Below, piece after piece: positions 1 to 10,809 of a stretch of 64,000 nt of DNA. Location of the stretch: the NCBI RefSeq assembly GCF_024700885.2, contig NZ_CP117016.1, one strand, 5' to 3'. Every line of letters starts with the position of its first letter. Position 1 is the first letter of the stretch. This stretch comes from Escherichia coli. GTDB lineage: Bacteria > Pseudomonadota > Gammaproteobacteria > Enterobacterales > Enterobacteriaceae. The notes beneath the pieces were generated by a model that saw only the letters and a program-made list of their open reading frames with translations, had not been told where the DNA came from and did not search any database. The position numbers were made by a program, and so were the translations under genes.

Positions 1-187
1 CCTCTGAATTTCATCTTTTGTAAGCAATCAACTTAGCTGAATTTACTTTTCTTTAACAGTTGATTCGTTAGTCACCGATTACGACGGCATTAATGCGCAA
101 ATAAGTCGCTATACTTCGGATTTTTGCCATGCTATTTCTTTACATCTCTAAAACAAAACATAACGAAACGCACTGCCGGACAGACAA

Positions 188-1375
188 ATGAACTTATCCC
201 TACGACGCTCTACCAGCGCCCTTCTTGCCTCGTCGTTGTTATTAACCATCGGACGCGGCGCTACGCTGCCGTTTATGACCATTTACTTGAGTCGCCAGTA
301 CAGCCTGAGTGTCGATCTAATCGGTTATGCGATGACAATTGCGCTCACTATTGGCGTCGTTTTTAGCCTCGGTTTTGGTATCCTGGCGGATAAGTTCGAC
401 AAGAAACGCTATATGTTACTGGCAATTACCGCCTTCGCCAGCGGTTTTATTGCCATTCCTTTAGTGAATAACGTGACGCTGGTGGTGCTCTTTTTTGCCC
501 TTATTAACTGCGCCTATTCCGTTTTTGCTACCGTGTTGAAAGCCTGGTTTGCCGACAATCTTTCCTCCACCAGCAAAACGAAAATCTTCTCAATCAACTA
601 CACCATGCTCAACATTGGCTGGACCATCGGTCCGCCGCTCGGCACGCTGTTGGTGATGCAGAGCATCAATCTGCCCTTTTGGCTGGCAGCTATCTGTTCC
701 GCGTTTCCCATGCTTTTCATTCAAATTTGGGTAAAGCGCAGCGAGAAAATCATCGCCACGGAAACAGGCAGTGTCTGGTCGCCGAAAGTTTTATTACAAG
801 ATAAAGCACTGTTGTGGTTTACCTGCTCTGGTTTTCTGGCTTCTTTTGTTAGCGGCGCATTTGCTTCATGCATTTCACAATATGTGATGGTGATTGCTGA
901 TGGGGATTTTGCCGAAAAGGTGGTCGCGGTTGTTCTTCCGGTGAATGCTGCCATGGTGGTTACGTTGCAATATTCAGTGGGCCGCCGCCTTAACCCGGCT
1001 AACATCCGCGCGCTGATGACAGCAGGCACCCTCTGTTTCGTCATTGGGCTGGTCGGTTTTATTTTTTCCGGCAACAGCCTGCTATTGTGGGGTATGTCAG
1101 CTGCGGTATTTACTGTCGGTGAAATCATTTATGCGCCGGGCGAGTATATGTTGATTGACCATATTGCACCGCCAGGAATGAAAGCCAGCTATTTTTCCGC
1201 CCAGTCTTTAGGCTGGCTTGGTGCCGCGATTAACCCATTAGTGAGTGGCATAGTGCTTACCAGTCTGCCGCCTTTCTCGCTGTTTATCATCTTAGCGTTG
1301 GTGATCATTGCTGCGTGGGTGCTGATGTTAAAAGGAATTCGTGCAAGACCGTGGGGGCAGCCCGCGCTTTGTTGA
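188..1375 (+). CDS. ydeE: MFS transporter YdeE
   Basis: 395-aa ORF with a multi-TM hydrophobic profile. The N-terminus MNLSLRRSTSALLASSLLLTIGRG matches my recollection of E. coli YdeE, and synteny fits. Confidence 0.9.
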   Translation: MNLSLRRSTSALLASSLLLTIGRGATLPFMTIYLSRQYSLSVDLIGYAMTIALTIGVVFSLGFGILADKFDKKRYMLLAITAFASGFIAIPLVNNVTLVVLFFALINCAYSVFATVLKAWFADNLSSTSKTKIFSINYTMLNIGWTIGPPLGTLLVMQSINLPFWLAAICSAFPMLFIQIWVKRSEKIIATETGSVWSPKVLLQDKALLWFTCSGFLASFVSGAFASCISQYVMVIADGDFAEKVVAVVLPVNAAMVVTLQYSVGRRLNPANIRALMTAGTLCFVIGLVGFIFSGNSLLLWGMSAAVFTVGEIIYAPGEYMLIDHIAPPGMKASYFSAQSLGWLGAAINPLVSGIVLTSLPPFSLFIILALVIIAAWVLMLKGIRARPWGQPALC

Positions 1376-1501
1376 TTTAAGTCGAACACAATAAAAATTT
1401 AATTCAGCCTTCGTTTAGGTTACCTCTGCTAATATCTTTCTCATTGAGATGAAAATTAAGGTAAGCGAGGAAACACACCACACCATAAACGGAGGCAAAT
1501 A

Positions 1502-1597
1502 ATGCTGGGTAATATGAATGTTTTTATGGCCGTACTGGGAATAATTTTATTTTCTGGTTTTCTGGCCGCGTATTTCAGCCACAAATGGGATGACTAA
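1502..1597 (+). CDS. mgtS: Small membrane protein MgtS (YneM), 31 aa
   Basis: Hand-translated ATG..TAA gives MLGNMNVFMAVLGIILFSGFLAAYFSHKWDD. An SD (ggagg) lies upstream. It is below the ORF-track cutoff. Confidence 0.85.
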   Translation: MLGNMNVFMAVLGIILFSGFLAAYFSHKWDD

Positions 1598-1624
1598 TGA
1601 ACGGAGATAATCCCTCACCTAACC

Positions 1625-1663
1625 GGCCCCTTGTTACAGTTGTGTACAAGGGGCCTGATTTTT
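1625..1663 (+). terminator. Rho-independent terminator after mgtS
   Basis: 10-bp stem ggccccttgt/acaaggggcc followed by tgattttt. Confidence 0.7.
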
Positions 1664-1672
1664 ATGACGGCG

Positions 1673-1770
1673 AAAAAAAACCGCCAGTAAACCGGCGGTG
1701 AATGCTTGCATGGATAGATTTGTGTTTTGCTTTTACGCTAACAGGCATTTTCCTGCACTGATAACGGATC
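1673..1770 (-). ncRNA. mgrR: PhoP-dependent sRNA MgrR (approximate ends)
   Basis: The minus strand carries a terminator (ccgccggtttactggcgg + 8 U) ending near 1673. A PhoP box lies about 35 bp upstream of a 5' end near 1770. Position between mgtS and dgcZ is as in K-12. The sequence is recognised from memory, not aligned. Confidence 0.6.
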
Positions 1771-1804
1771 GTTGACACAGTAGCATCAGTTTTCTCAATG
1801 AATG

Positions 1805-1821
1805 TTAAACGGAGCTTAAAC
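1805..1821 (-). promoter_or_regulatory. PhoP box (GTTTAA-N5-GTTTAA) of the mgrR promoter
   Basis: The minus strand reads gtttaagctccgtttaa, a direct hexamer repeat with 5-bp spacer. It overlaps the dgcZ stop codon. Confidence 0.55.
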
Positions 1822-2706
1822 TCGGTTAATCACGTTTTGTTCGTCAATAAACATACAGCGATTTCTTCCGGTTTGCTTACCCTCATACATTGCCCGGTCC
1901 GCTCTTCCAATGACCACATCCAGAGGCTCTTCAGGAAATGCGCGACTCACACCTGCAGTCACGGTAATGTTGATATGCCCTTCAGAATGTGTGATGGCAT
2001 GGTTATCGACTAACTGGCAAATTCTGATACCTGCACGACATGCTTCTTCATCATTAGCCGCTTTGACAATAATGATAAATTCTTCGCCACCGTAGCGATA
2101 AACCGTTTCGTAATCGCGCGTCCAACTGGCTAAGTAAGTTGCCAGGGTGCGTAATACTACATCGCCGATTAAATGCCCGTAGGTATCATTAACCAATTTA
2201 AATCGGTCAATATCCAACAACATTAAATAAAGATTCAGAGGCTCAGCGTTGCGTAACTGATGATCAAAGGATTCATCAAGAACCCGACGACCCGGCAATC
2301 CCGTCAAAACATCCATATTGCTACGGATCGTCAGCAAATAAATTTTGTAATCGGTTAATGCCGCAGTAAAAGAAAGCAACCCTTCCTGAAAGGCGTCGAA
2401 ATGCGCGTCCTGCCAGTGATTTTCAACAATAGCCAGCATTAATTCCCGACCACAGTTATGCATATGTTGATGGGCAGAATCCATTAGCCGAACGTAAGGT
2501 AATTCATCGTTATCGAGTGGTCCCAGATGATCAATCCACCGACCAAACTGGCACAGTCCATAAGAATGGTTATCCGTTATTTCTGGCTTACTGGCATCTC
2601 TCGCGACTACGCTGTGAAACATACTTACCAGCCACTGGTAGTGGGCATCGATAGCCTTATTGAGATTTAACAAGATGGCATCAATTTCCGTTGTCTTCTT
2701 GATCAT
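1816..2706 (-). CDS. dgcZ: Zinc-sensing diguanylate cyclase DgcZ (YdeH); CZB + GGDEF domains
   Basis: The ORF contains the GGEEF motif (RYGGEEF). The start was moved to MIKKTTEID (ATG at 2706), giving 296 aa. Confidence 0.9.
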   Translation of the reverse strand: MIKKTTEIDAILLNLNKAIDAHYQWLVSMFHSVVARDASKPEITDNHSYGLCQFGRWIDHLGPLDNDELPYVRLMDSAHQHMHNCGRELMLAIVENHWQDAHFDAFQEGLLSFTAALTDYKIYLLTIRSNMDVLTGLPGRRVLDESFDHQLRNAEPLNLYLMLLDIDRFKLVNDTYGHLIGDVVLRTLATYLASWTRDYETVYRYGGEEFIIIVKAANDEEACRAGIRICQLVDNHAITHSEGHINITVTAGVSRAFPEEPLDVVIGRADRAMYEGKQTGRNRCMFIDEQNVINRV

Positions 2707-2960
2707 TGCCACTCCTTTTTCACAGTTCCTTGTGCGCGCTATTCTAACGAGAGAAAAGCAAAATTACGTCAATATTTTCATAGAAATCCGAAGTTATGAG
2801 TCATCTCTGAGATAACATTGTGATTTGAAACAAAATCAGCAGATAAAAAAGTGTTTAATTCTGTAAATTAAGCCTGCATTATCGCAATTAAAAGGATGAC
2901 AAATAGCATAACCCAATACCCTAATGGCCCAGTAGTTCAGGCCATCAGGCTAATTTATTT

Positions 2961-3353
2961 TTATTTCTGCAAATGAGTGACCCGAACGACGGCCGGAGCG
3001 CTTTTCTTATCCAGACTTCCGCTAATGTTGATCAGCTGGTCCGGCTGAACTTCTCGTCCATCAAAGACTGCCGCAGGAATAACAACATTAATTTCACCGC
3101 TCTTATCGCGAAAAACGTAACGGTCCTCTCCTTTGTGAGAAATCAAATTACCGCGTAGTGAAACCGAAGCGCCATCGTGCATTTTTTTTGCGAAATCAAC
3201 GGTCATTTTTTTTGCATCATCGGTTCCGCGATAGCCATCTTCTATTGCATGAGGCGGCGGTGGCGCTGCATCCTGTTTTAATCCGCCCTGGTCATCTGCC
3301 AACGCATAAGGCATGACAAGAAAACTTGCTAATACAATGGCCTGAAATTTCAT
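2961..3353 (-). CDS. ydeI: Periplasmic OB-fold (BOF family) protein YdeI
   Basis: 130-aa ORF with signal peptide [19 protein letters not shown]. Synteny fits. Confidence 0.85.
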   Translation of the reverse strand: MKFQAIVLASFLVMPYALADDQGGLKQDAAPPPPHAIEDGYRGTDDAKKMTVDFAKKMHDGASVSLRGNLISHKGEDRYVFRDKSGEINVVIPAAVFDGREVQPDQLINISGSLDKKSAPAVVRVTHLQK

Positions 3354-3595
3354 ACTGACTCCTTAATTGCGTTTGGTTTGACTTATTAAGTCTGGTTGCT
3401 ATTTTTATAATTGACAAATAAGAATACTGCCAATTGTTATAAGGCATTTAAAATCAGGCAACTAGCTGTCAAATATTCAGAGAATTTTACTCACTAAAGT
3501 AAGAAGAAGATTAAAGAGTCTTAAACATATTTCAGAACAATCAGATTTATAAATTTGAAAATTATTATAACGGAAGGGTATACAAAAAAAGTAAT

Positions 3596-3673
3596 TTTGC
3601 TGGCGACTGCGAAACGGCATTCGCATTAGCGGTGAAGTTTGCCCTCACCCAGCTGCTGCAATTACTGCTATAA
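3596..3673 (+). pseudogene. ydeJ: Possible 3' remnant of ydeJ (CinA-C/PncC-like)
   Basis: The frame reads FAGDCETAFALAVKFALTQLLQLLL* but an in-frame stop lies about 80 nt upstream and there is no start codon. K-12 has ydeJ between ydeI and dcp, whereas only 365 bp are present here. The assignment is from memory of CinA-family C-termini. Confidence 0.35.
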
Positions 3674-3717
3674 CGAGGCTGGTCTGGCGATAAATCCAGG
3701 CCAGCCATTGGTGGTGT

Positions 3718-5763
3718 TTATACGTTCAAGCCACGATGTTGCAGCATCGGCATAATCTGAGGTGCCTTACCGCGCCATTGTCGATACAGGCGTTCCAGAT
3801 CTTCGCTGTTACCTCTGGAAAGAATCGCCTCGCGAAAACGCCGCCCATTTTCACGCGTTAATCCGCCCTGCTCAACAAACCACTGGTAACCATCATCGGC
3901 CAACATTTGCGTCCACAGATAAGCGTAATAACCTGCGGCATATCCGCCACCAAAAATATGGGCGAAATAACTGCTGCGATAGCGTGGCGGTATAGCAGGA
4001 AGATCCATATTTTCCGCCACCAGCGCCCGCAATTCGAAATCATCGACATCCTGCATTGCTTCGTTTTCTTCCAGGCAATGCCAGCGCATATCGAGAAGTG
4101 CGGCGCTAAGCAGTTCGCTCATCTCATACCCTTTATTGAACAGGCTGGCATTACGCATTTTCTGTTGCAGTTCATCAGGCATTGCTGCCCCGCTCTGATA
4201 ATGCCGGGCGTAGCGAGCGAATACCTGCGGATGCGTTGCCCAGTGTTCGTTGATTTGCGACGGAAATTCGACAAAATCACGCGGCGTGTTGGTGCCGGAA
4301 AGCGTGGCATAACGCTGGCGGGCAAAGAGGCCGTGTAGCGTATGACCAAATTCATGGAATAAGGTTATGACATCATCCCAGAGTAACAACGCAGGCTCAC
4401 CGGCAGCGGGTTTCTGATAATTGCAGACGTTATAAATTACCGGATGCGTTTCATTCAGCGTTGATTGCTCAACAAAATTGCCCATCCATGCACCGCCGCT
4501 TTTTGAATCACGGGCGAAGAAATCACCGTAAAATAACGCCAGCCCCACGCCATTATGATCAAAAATTTCCCATACACGAACGTCAGGATGGTAGACAGGA
4601 ATATCAAAACGTTCGACAAACTTAATACCGAAGAGCTGATTCGCAGTCCAGAATACGCCTTCATTCAACACCGTGTTTAATTCGAAATAAGGCTTGAGCT
4701 GCGCTTCATCGAGATCGAATTTCTCACGTCTTACCTGCTCGGCATAAAATGCCCAGTCCCACGGCTGCGCGCTAAACCCGCCCTGCTGCTTATCGATAAC
4801 CGCCTGTATGGAGGCTAATTCATCGCTCGCACGTTGACGCGCCGCTGGAACAATTTCCCGCATAAAGTTGAGTGCTGCTTCTGGCGTTTTTGCCATCTGA
4901 TCGGCGATTTTCCATGCGGCATAATGAGGGAAACCAAGCAGTTTCGCCTGCTGCGCGCGGATCTCCACCAGACGTTGAATGATAGCGCGGGTATCATTGG
5001 CATCATTTTTTTCCGCTCGCGTCCAGCCCGCAGTGAACAGTTTTTCACGCGTCGCACGATCGCGCATTTCGGCAAGCGCCGGTTGTTGGGTGGTATTCAG
5101 CAGCGGAATCAGCCATTTGTTATCCAGACCTTTCTCGCGAGCCGCCTCTGCCGCCAGCGCAATCTCTTGCTCACTTATTCCTGCCAGCTGCGCGATATCG
5201 TTCACAACCAGACCGCCGGATTTATTTGCTGCCAGTAACCGCTGGTTAAACTGGCTGGTCAGGGTCGCAGCTTCTGTATTCAGTACTTTTAATTTTGCTT
5301 TATCAGCTTGCGCAAGTTTGGCTCCGGCAAGGACAAAACGTTGATGAATGACCTCCACCAGGCGGATGGATTCACTATCAAGCCCCAGGGATTCTCGGCG
5401 CTGCCAGACAGCATCTACCCGCGCGAATAATTCACCGTTCAGATAGATATCATTAGCCAGTTCCGCCAGTTCAGCGGAAAACTGTTCATCAAGACGCTGT
5501 AATTCATCATTGGTATGCGCCGCAGTCATCGCAAAAAAGACGCTGGTAACGCGGGTAAGTAATTCTCCGCTTTGTTCCAGTGCCAGAATAGTATTGTTGA
5601 AATCAGGCGTTTGCGGGTTAAGCGCGATGGCAGTAATTTCTGCCCGCTTTTGCAGCATTCCCTCATCGAATGCCGGGCGATAGTGATGATTGGAAATTTG
5701 ATCAAAATGGGGAGCCAGATACGGCAGTGTGCTTTGCACAAGGAAAGGATTCATTGTTGTCAT
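3718..5763 (-). CDS. dcp: Dipeptidyl carboxypeptidase II (M3 family)
   Basis: HEFGH zinc motif is present. The start was set at MTTMNPFLVQ (ATG 5763), giving 681 aa. Confidence 0.92.
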   Translation of the reverse strand: MTTMNPFLVQSTLPYLAPHFDQISNHHYRPAFDEGMLQKRAEITAIALNPQTPDFNNTILALEQSGELLTRVTSVFFAMTAAHTNDELQRLDEQFSAELAELANDIYLNGELFARVDAVWQRRESLGLDSESIRLVEVIHQRFVLAGAKLAQADKAKLKVLNTEAATLTSQFNQRLLAANKSGGLVVNDIAQLAGISEQEIALAAEAAREKGLDNKWLIPLLNTTQQPALAEMRDRATREKLFTAGWTRAEKNDANDTRAIIQRLVEIRAQQAKLLGFPHYAAWKIADQMAKTPEAALNFMREIVPAARQRASDELASIQAVIDKQQGGFSAQPWDWAFYAEQVRREKFDLDEAQLKPYFELNTVLNEGVFWTANQLFGIKFVERFDIPVYHPDVRVWEIFDHNGVGLALFYGDFFARDSKSGGAWMGNFVEQSTLNETHPVIYNVCNYQKPAAGEPALLLWDDVITLFHEFGHTLHGLFARQRYATLSGTNTPRDFVEFPSQINEHWATHPQVFARYARHYQSGAAMPDELQQKMRNASLFNKGYEMSELLSAALLDMRWHCLEENEAMQDVDDFELRALVAENMDLPAIPPRYRSSYFAHIFGGGYAAGYYAYLWTQMLADDGYQWFVEQGGLTRENGRRFREAILSRGNSEDLERLYRQWRGKAPQIMPMLQHRGLNV

Positions 5764-5899
5764 TTTCTTCTCCTGAACGCGAGGTGTTCCATAGCGTAGG
5801 CTTACTGATAACGGAGTGCAATCTTGCAAACCAGTATTACCCGCTCTTAAGCATCACGTGCTATGTTATTGACACACAAAAGCGTTGAGGAACAGTGAG

Positions 5900-6646
5900 A
5901 TGATCGTTTTAGTAACTGGAGCAACGGCAGGTTTTGGTGAATGCATTACTCGTCGTTTTATTCAACAAGGGCATAAAGTTATCGCCACTGGCCGTCGCCA
6001 GGAGCGGTTGCAGGAGTTAAAAGACGAACTGGGAGATAATCTGTATATCGCCCAACTGGACGTTCGCAACCGCGCCGCTATTGAAGAGATGCTGGCATCG
6101 CTTCCTGCCGAGTGGTGCAATATTGATATCCTGGTAAATAATGCCGGTCTGGCGTTGGGCATGGAGCCTGCGCATAAAGCCAGCGTTGAAGACTGGGAAA
6201 CGATGATTGATACCAACAACAAAGGCCTGGTATATATGACGCGCGCCGTCTTACCGGGTATGGTTGAACGTAATCATGGTCATATTATTAACATTGGCTC
6301 AACGGCAGGCAGCTGGCCGTATGCCGGTGGTAACGTTTACGGTGCGACGAAAGCGTTTGTTCGTCAGTTTAGCCTGAATCTGCGTACGGACCTGCATGGT
6401 ACGGCGGTGCGCGTCACCGACATCGAACCGGGTCTGGTGGGTGGCACCGAGTTTTCCAATGTCCGCTTTAAAGGCGATGACGGTAAAGCGGAAAAAACCT
6501 ATCAAAATACCGTTGCATTGACGCCAGAAGATGTCAGCGAAGCCGTCTGGTGGGTGTCAACGCTGCCTGCTCACGTCAATATCAATACCCTGGAAATGAT
6601 GCCGGTTACCCAAAGCTATGCCGGACTGAATGTCCACCGTCAGTAA
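5900..6646 (+). CDS. ydfG: NADP-dependent 3-hydroxy acid dehydrogenase YdfG (SDR)
   Basis: TGATAGFG Rossmann motif and YxxxK are present. ATG at 5900 gives 248 aa. Confidence 0.92.
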   Translation: MIVLVTGATAGFGECITRRFIQQGHKVIATGRRQERLQELKDELGDNLYIAQLDVRNRAAIEEMLASLPAEWCNIDILVNNAGLALGMEPAHKASVEDWETMIDTNNKGLVYMTRAVLPGMVERNHGHIINIGSTAGSWPYAGGNVYGATKAFVRQFSLNLRTDLHGTAVRVTDIEPGLVGGTEFSNVRFKGDDGKAEKTYQNTVALTPEDVSEAVWWVSTLPAHVNINTLEMMPVTQSYAGLNVHRQ

Positions 6647-6653
6647 TTTTTAT

Positions 6654-6680
6654 ACCCGGCGTAACTGCCGGGTTATTGCT
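6654..6680 (+). terminator. Hairpin terminator after ydfG
   Basis: Stem acccggc/gccgggt followed by a T-rich tail. Confidence 0.5.
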
Positions 6681-6734
6681 TGTCACAAAAAAGTGGTAGA
6701 CTCATGCAGTTAACTCACTCACAAGCAAGAACGA

Positions 6735-7421
6735 ATGACCGTCGAAACGCAACTTAATCCCACACAGCCTGTCAATCAGCAGATTTATCGTATTCTTCGT
6801 CGCGACATTGTCCATTGCCTGATTGCACCAGGCACACCGTTGTCGGAAAAAGAAGTTTCTGTTCGTTTCAATGTGTCACGCCAGCCGGTTCGTGAAGCCT
6901 TTATTAAACTGGCGGAAAACGGCCTGATTCAAATTCGTCCGCAGCGTGGCAGCTACGTCAACAAAATTTCCATGGCCCAGGTGCGCAACGGCAGTTTTAT
7001 CCGTCAGGCCATTGAGTGCGCGGTGGCGCGTCGGGCGGCGAGCATGATTACCGAAAGCCAGTGCTACCAACTGGAACAAAATCTTCACCAGCAGCGCATT
7101 GCCATTGAGCGCAAGCAACTGGATGATTTTTTTGAACTTGATGACAACTTCCATCAACTCCTGACCCAGATTGCCGACTGTCAACTGGCGTGGGATACCA
7201 TTGAGAACCTGAAAGCGACCGTTGATCGCGTGCGCTATATGAGTTTCGACCACGTTTCTCCACCAGAAATGCTGTTACGCCAGCATCTTGAGATTTTCTC
7301 TGCCCTGCAAAAACGTGATGGCGATGCGGTAGAACGTGCAATGACGCAACATTTGCAGGAAATCAGCGAATCCGTGCGCCAGATCCGTCAGGAAAACAGC
7401 GACTGGTTTAGCGAAGAGTAA
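6735..7421 (+). CDS. ydfH: GntR/FadR-family regulator YdfH (RspR)
   Basis: 228 aa with an N-terminal GntR wHTH ([20 protein letters not shown]). Synteny fits. Confidence 0.88.
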   Translation: MTVETQLNPTQPVNQQIYRILRRDIVHCLIAPGTPLSEKEVSVRFNVSRQPVREAFIKLAENGLIQIRPQRGSYVNKISMAQVRNGSFIRQAIECAVARRAASMITESQCYQLEQNLHQQRIAIERKQLDDFFELDDNFHQLLTQIADCQLAWDTIENLKATVDRVRYMSFDHVSPPEMLLRQHLEIFSALQKRDGDAVERAMTQHLQEISESVRQIRQENSDWFSEE

Positions 7422-7597
7422 TTCATTTCCTCTCATCCCATCCGGGGTGAGAGTTTTTCCCTCCGTCATATGGCTCATGCATGCATCAAAAAAGATGTGA
7501 GCTTGATCAAAAACAAAAAATATTTCACTCGACAGGAGTATTTATATTGCGCCCGTTACGTGGGCTTCGACTGTAAATCAGAAAGGAGAAAACACCT

Positions 7598-7801
7598 ATG
7601 ACGACCTACGATCGTAACCGTAACGCAATCACCACTGGCAGCCGTGTTATGGTTAGCGGCACCGGTCACACTGGCAAGATCCTGTCGATTGATACTGAAG
7701 GTCTGACCGCAGAGCAAATCCGCCGCGGAAAAACCGTAGTTGTTGAAGGTTGTGAAGAGAAACTGGCACCTCTGGACCTGATTCGTCTCGGCATGAACTA
7801 A
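7598..7801 (+). CDS. ydfZ: Small protein YdfZ
   Basis: 67-aa [20 protein letters not shown] with a good SD (aggag). Synteny fits. Confidence 0.85.
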
Positions 7802-7808
7802 GCGTGTG

Positions 7809-7837
7809 AATGCCGCCGATGGCGGCATTGCTTTTTT
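7809..7837. terminator. Bidirectional terminator between ydfZ and ydfI
   Basis: Stem aatgccgcc/ggcggcatt followed by gctttttt. Confidence 0.75.
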
Positions 7838-9296
7838 ACTTCACGGAATATTTCGCCACGGTCGCTTTCGCACCATGCGCTAATAAAGACAAGTACGCTT
7901 CCGTCACTTTTGCAGTAAACAAGCTATTGTCTGGCAAATCATCACCAAAGATTGCCTTAATCGCCAGCAATGACTGGACGCGCGCTTTCCCTTCGGCACT
8001 ACTTTGTACAGCCTTCTGAATAACAGGTAACAGTGGGTCACTGATTTCTATCGGATTTCCCTGTTCATCAACACCACCCACATAACGCATCCAACCTGCG
8101 ACGCCCAGCGCCAGCAGATCGAACTTGCTGTCATGCGCCAGATGCCAGCGAACAGAATCCAACATCCGCTGTGGCAATTTCTGGCTGCCATCCATCGCAA
8201 TCTGCCAGGTTCGATGACGTAACGCCGGGTTGCTATAGCGTGCAATTAATCGGTTAGCGTAATCTTGCAAATCAACGCCCTGCACTTTCAGCGTCGGCGC
8301 TTGTTCCTGCAACATCAAGCCATACGCCGCATGACGATAATGTTCATCTTCCATACAGTCATTAATGTGCTGATATCCAGCAAGATAACCCAGATACGCC
8401 AGGAATGAATGACTGCCGTTGAGCATGCGCAACTTCATCTCTTCATAAGGCAGCACATCGCTAACCAGTTCGGCTCCCGCTTTTTCCCATTCCGGACGTC
8501 CGGCAACAAAGTTATCTTCGATTACCCACTGGCGGAAAGGTTCACAGGCAACGCCAGCAGGATCGCGCACACCGGTAAGTTGTTCGATTTTCGCCAGCGT
8601 ATCCTCTGTCACTGCGGGCACAATACGGTCCACCATTGTTGATGGGAAAGTCACGTTATCTTCGATCCATTGTGCCAGTTTTACATCAACGGCTTGCGCG
8701 TAGGAAGTGACAACGTCACGCATAACATGACCGTTTTCTGGCATGTTGTCACATGACATGACGGTAAATGCGGGAAGTCCTGCCGCTTTACGGCGAGCCA
8801 GCGCCTCGACAATCACCCCTGTTGCAGTTTTCGGCTGGTGGGGATTTTGTACGTCGGCAACGACCATCGGGTGATCGAGCATTAACTGTCCGGTCGCCGG
8901 AGAGTGGAAATACCCTTTTTCGGTGATTGTCAGAGAGACAATCGCGATTTGCGGTTCACACATCGCAGCCAACACGGTTTCTAAGCCATCAATCTGTACG
9001 TGCAAGGCTTTTTTAACGACGCCAACGACGCGAGCCGTCCACGCATCGGCCGACATTTCCGCAACGGTATAAAGATTATCTTGCTGTTGTAAATCGGCAA
9101 TTTGCTGTTCGCCGCCGATTAAGTTGACCTCATAATATCCCCATTCACTGAAATGTTCCGTAGCAAGAATATCGGCATACACGCCCTGATGCGCACGGTG
9201 AAATGCACCAAAGCCTAAATGAACAATTCTTGGGGCCAGGTTATTACGATCATAAACAGGGAGTGTCGCTTTTGCTGATAACAAATTATTTCCCAT
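7836..9296 (-). CDS. ydfI: Mannitol-dehydrogenase-family oxidoreductase YdfI
   Basis: 486-aa ORF with a long-chain mannitol/mannonate DH-like sequence. Synteny fits. Confidence 0.88.
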   Translation of the reverse strand: MGNNLLSAKATLPVYDRNNLAPRIVHLGFGAFHRAHQGVYADILATEHFSEWGYYEVNLIGGEQQIADLQQQDNLYTVAEMSADAWTARVVGVVKKALHVQIDGLETVLAAMCEPQIAIVSLTITEKGYFHSPATGQLMLDHPMVVADVQNPHQPKTATGVIVEALARRKAAGLPAFTVMSCDNMPENGHVMRDVVTSYAQAVDVKLAQWIEDNVTFPSTMVDRIVPAVTEDTLAKIEQLTGVRDPAGVACEPFRQWVIEDNFVAGRPEWEKAGAELVSDVLPYEEMKLRMLNGSHSFLAYLGYLAGYQHINDCMEDEHYRHAAYGLMLQEQAPTLKVQGVDLQDYANRLIARYSNPALRHRTWQIAMDGSQKLPQRMLDSVRWHLAHDSKFDLLALGVAGWMRYVGGVDEQGNPIEISDPLLPVIQKAVQSSAEGKARVQSLLAIKAIFGDDLPDNSLFTAKVTEAYLSLLAHGAKATVAKYSVK

Positions 9297-9384
9297 AACA
9301 ATTCCTTAAATATAAATATGGCAAGCTACATGTTTTGTTATATGAATAAAAATCCCCTCTCCGGTAAGAGAAGGGATTGAGGAT

Positions 9385-10752
9385 TTAAAGACTTCTGGAA
9401 GGTTGCGCAGCTCTGACAACACGCGGTTGATCTTCCGCAGCGTCTTCCAGCGCACTTAAATCACGGTCTTTCACTTCTGGCATTTTCAGCGCAGAGATTA
9501 AACCAATCACTGAATATGCCATGATCATAATGGCGATCGGATACCAGGATTCCGTCATGGTGCAGAAAATACCCGCCAGGATAGGACCAAAACCGGAAGC
9601 GATAAGACCACCAATTTCTTTAGAAATCGCCATCCGGGTAAAGCGGTTTTTACAGCCGAACATTTCTGCCATGGTAATGTTTTCCAGAGCAAATAATCCC
9701 AGCACCGCACAGTTATGAATCACAATCAGTGCAACCATAATGGTGCTCGGGGCATAGCTTTTATCTACGATGATAGAAAGCATTGGCCATGCCAGCACAA
9801 TCGCGGAGGTATTCATAATAATATACGGGATCCGGCGACCAATTTTATCGGATAACCAACCAAGGAACGGAATGGTCATAAAGCCGAGAATCGAACTGAT
9901 CATCAATGCATCTGTTGGAATTGCTTTGTTAAACAATAACGTCTGTACTAAATAGCCTGCAAGGAAAGTCTGAATTAAACCGGAGTTACCAGCCTGACCA
10001 AAACGCAGCCCTGTTGCCAGCCAGAAGGATTTGCTCTGGAACATGCTACCAGCAGGTGCAGGTTTTGCTGTCGGTTGGTTGCTGTCGTTAACCTTCTCAA
10101 AGACCGGGCTTTCTTTAAGATTCATACGCAACCAGATAGCAAAGACCATCACGACAACGCTCGCCAGAAACGGTATACGCCATCCCCACGCCAGCAGTTC
10201 TTCTTTACTGAGAATGAAGAACATAAAGGCCCAGATTGCCGTTGCGCTTAAGGTTCCGCAGTTAGTTCCCATAGCCACAAATGAGGAGATAATTCCGCGC
10301 TTACCTTTTGGTGCATATTCCGCCAGCATCGTGCCGGCACCGGAAATTTCCGCGCCTGCCCCCAGCCCCTGAATAATACGCAGCGTCACCAGCAAAATTG
10401 GCGCAAACACACCAATTTGTGCATAGGTCGGCAGCACACCAATTAAGGTGGTACAGATCCCCATCATAGTGATGGTAATAAAGAGCACTTTTTTACGCCC
10501 GATTCTGTCGCCCATTTTGCCGAAAATAAATGCTCCGACAATACGCGCCACATAACCTGCACCGTAGGTTCCCATTGCCAGAATTAACGCCATTGCCGTT
10601 GATGATTCAGGAAAAAATATTTCATGAAACACTAACGCTGCGCCGAGCGAATATAACTGGAAATCCATAAATTCAAGCGCAGTGCCCAGCCATCCCGATA
10701 CTGCTGCTTTCACCAAATCCTTAGTGCTTCTTTCGTGTTTTTCTATTGTCAT
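9385..10752 (-). CDS. ydfJ: MFS metabolite:H+ symporter YdfJ (intact form)
   Basis: 455-aa multi-TM ORF. In K-12 this gene is truncated by prophage Qin, but here it is uninterrupted. Confidence 0.85.
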   Translation of the reverse strand: MTIEKHERSTKDLVKAAVSGWLGTALEFMDFQLYSLGAALVFHEIFFPESSTAMALILAMGTYGAGYVARIVGAFIFGKMGDRIGRKKVLFITITMMGICTTLIGVLPTYAQIGVFAPILLVTLRIIQGLGAGAEISGAGTMLAEYAPKGKRGIISSFVAMGTNCGTLSATAIWAFMFFILSKEELLAWGWRIPFLASVVVMVFAIWLRMNLKESPVFEKVNDSNQPTAKPAPAGSMFQSKSFWLATGLRFGQAGNSGLIQTFLAGYLVQTLLFNKAIPTDALMISSILGFMTIPFLGWLSDKIGRRIPYIIMNTSAIVLAWPMLSIIVDKSYAPSTIMVALIVIHNCAVLGLFALENITMAEMFGCKNRFTRMAISKEIGGLIASGFGPILAGIFCTMTESWYPIAIMIMAYSVIGLISALKMPEVKDRDLSALEDAAEDQPRVVRAAQPSRSL

Positions 10753-10809
10753 AATGGTTATCTCTAAAAAAGAGGTAAGATGCGTACTACTTACTCGCCG
10801 TTATTGGTA

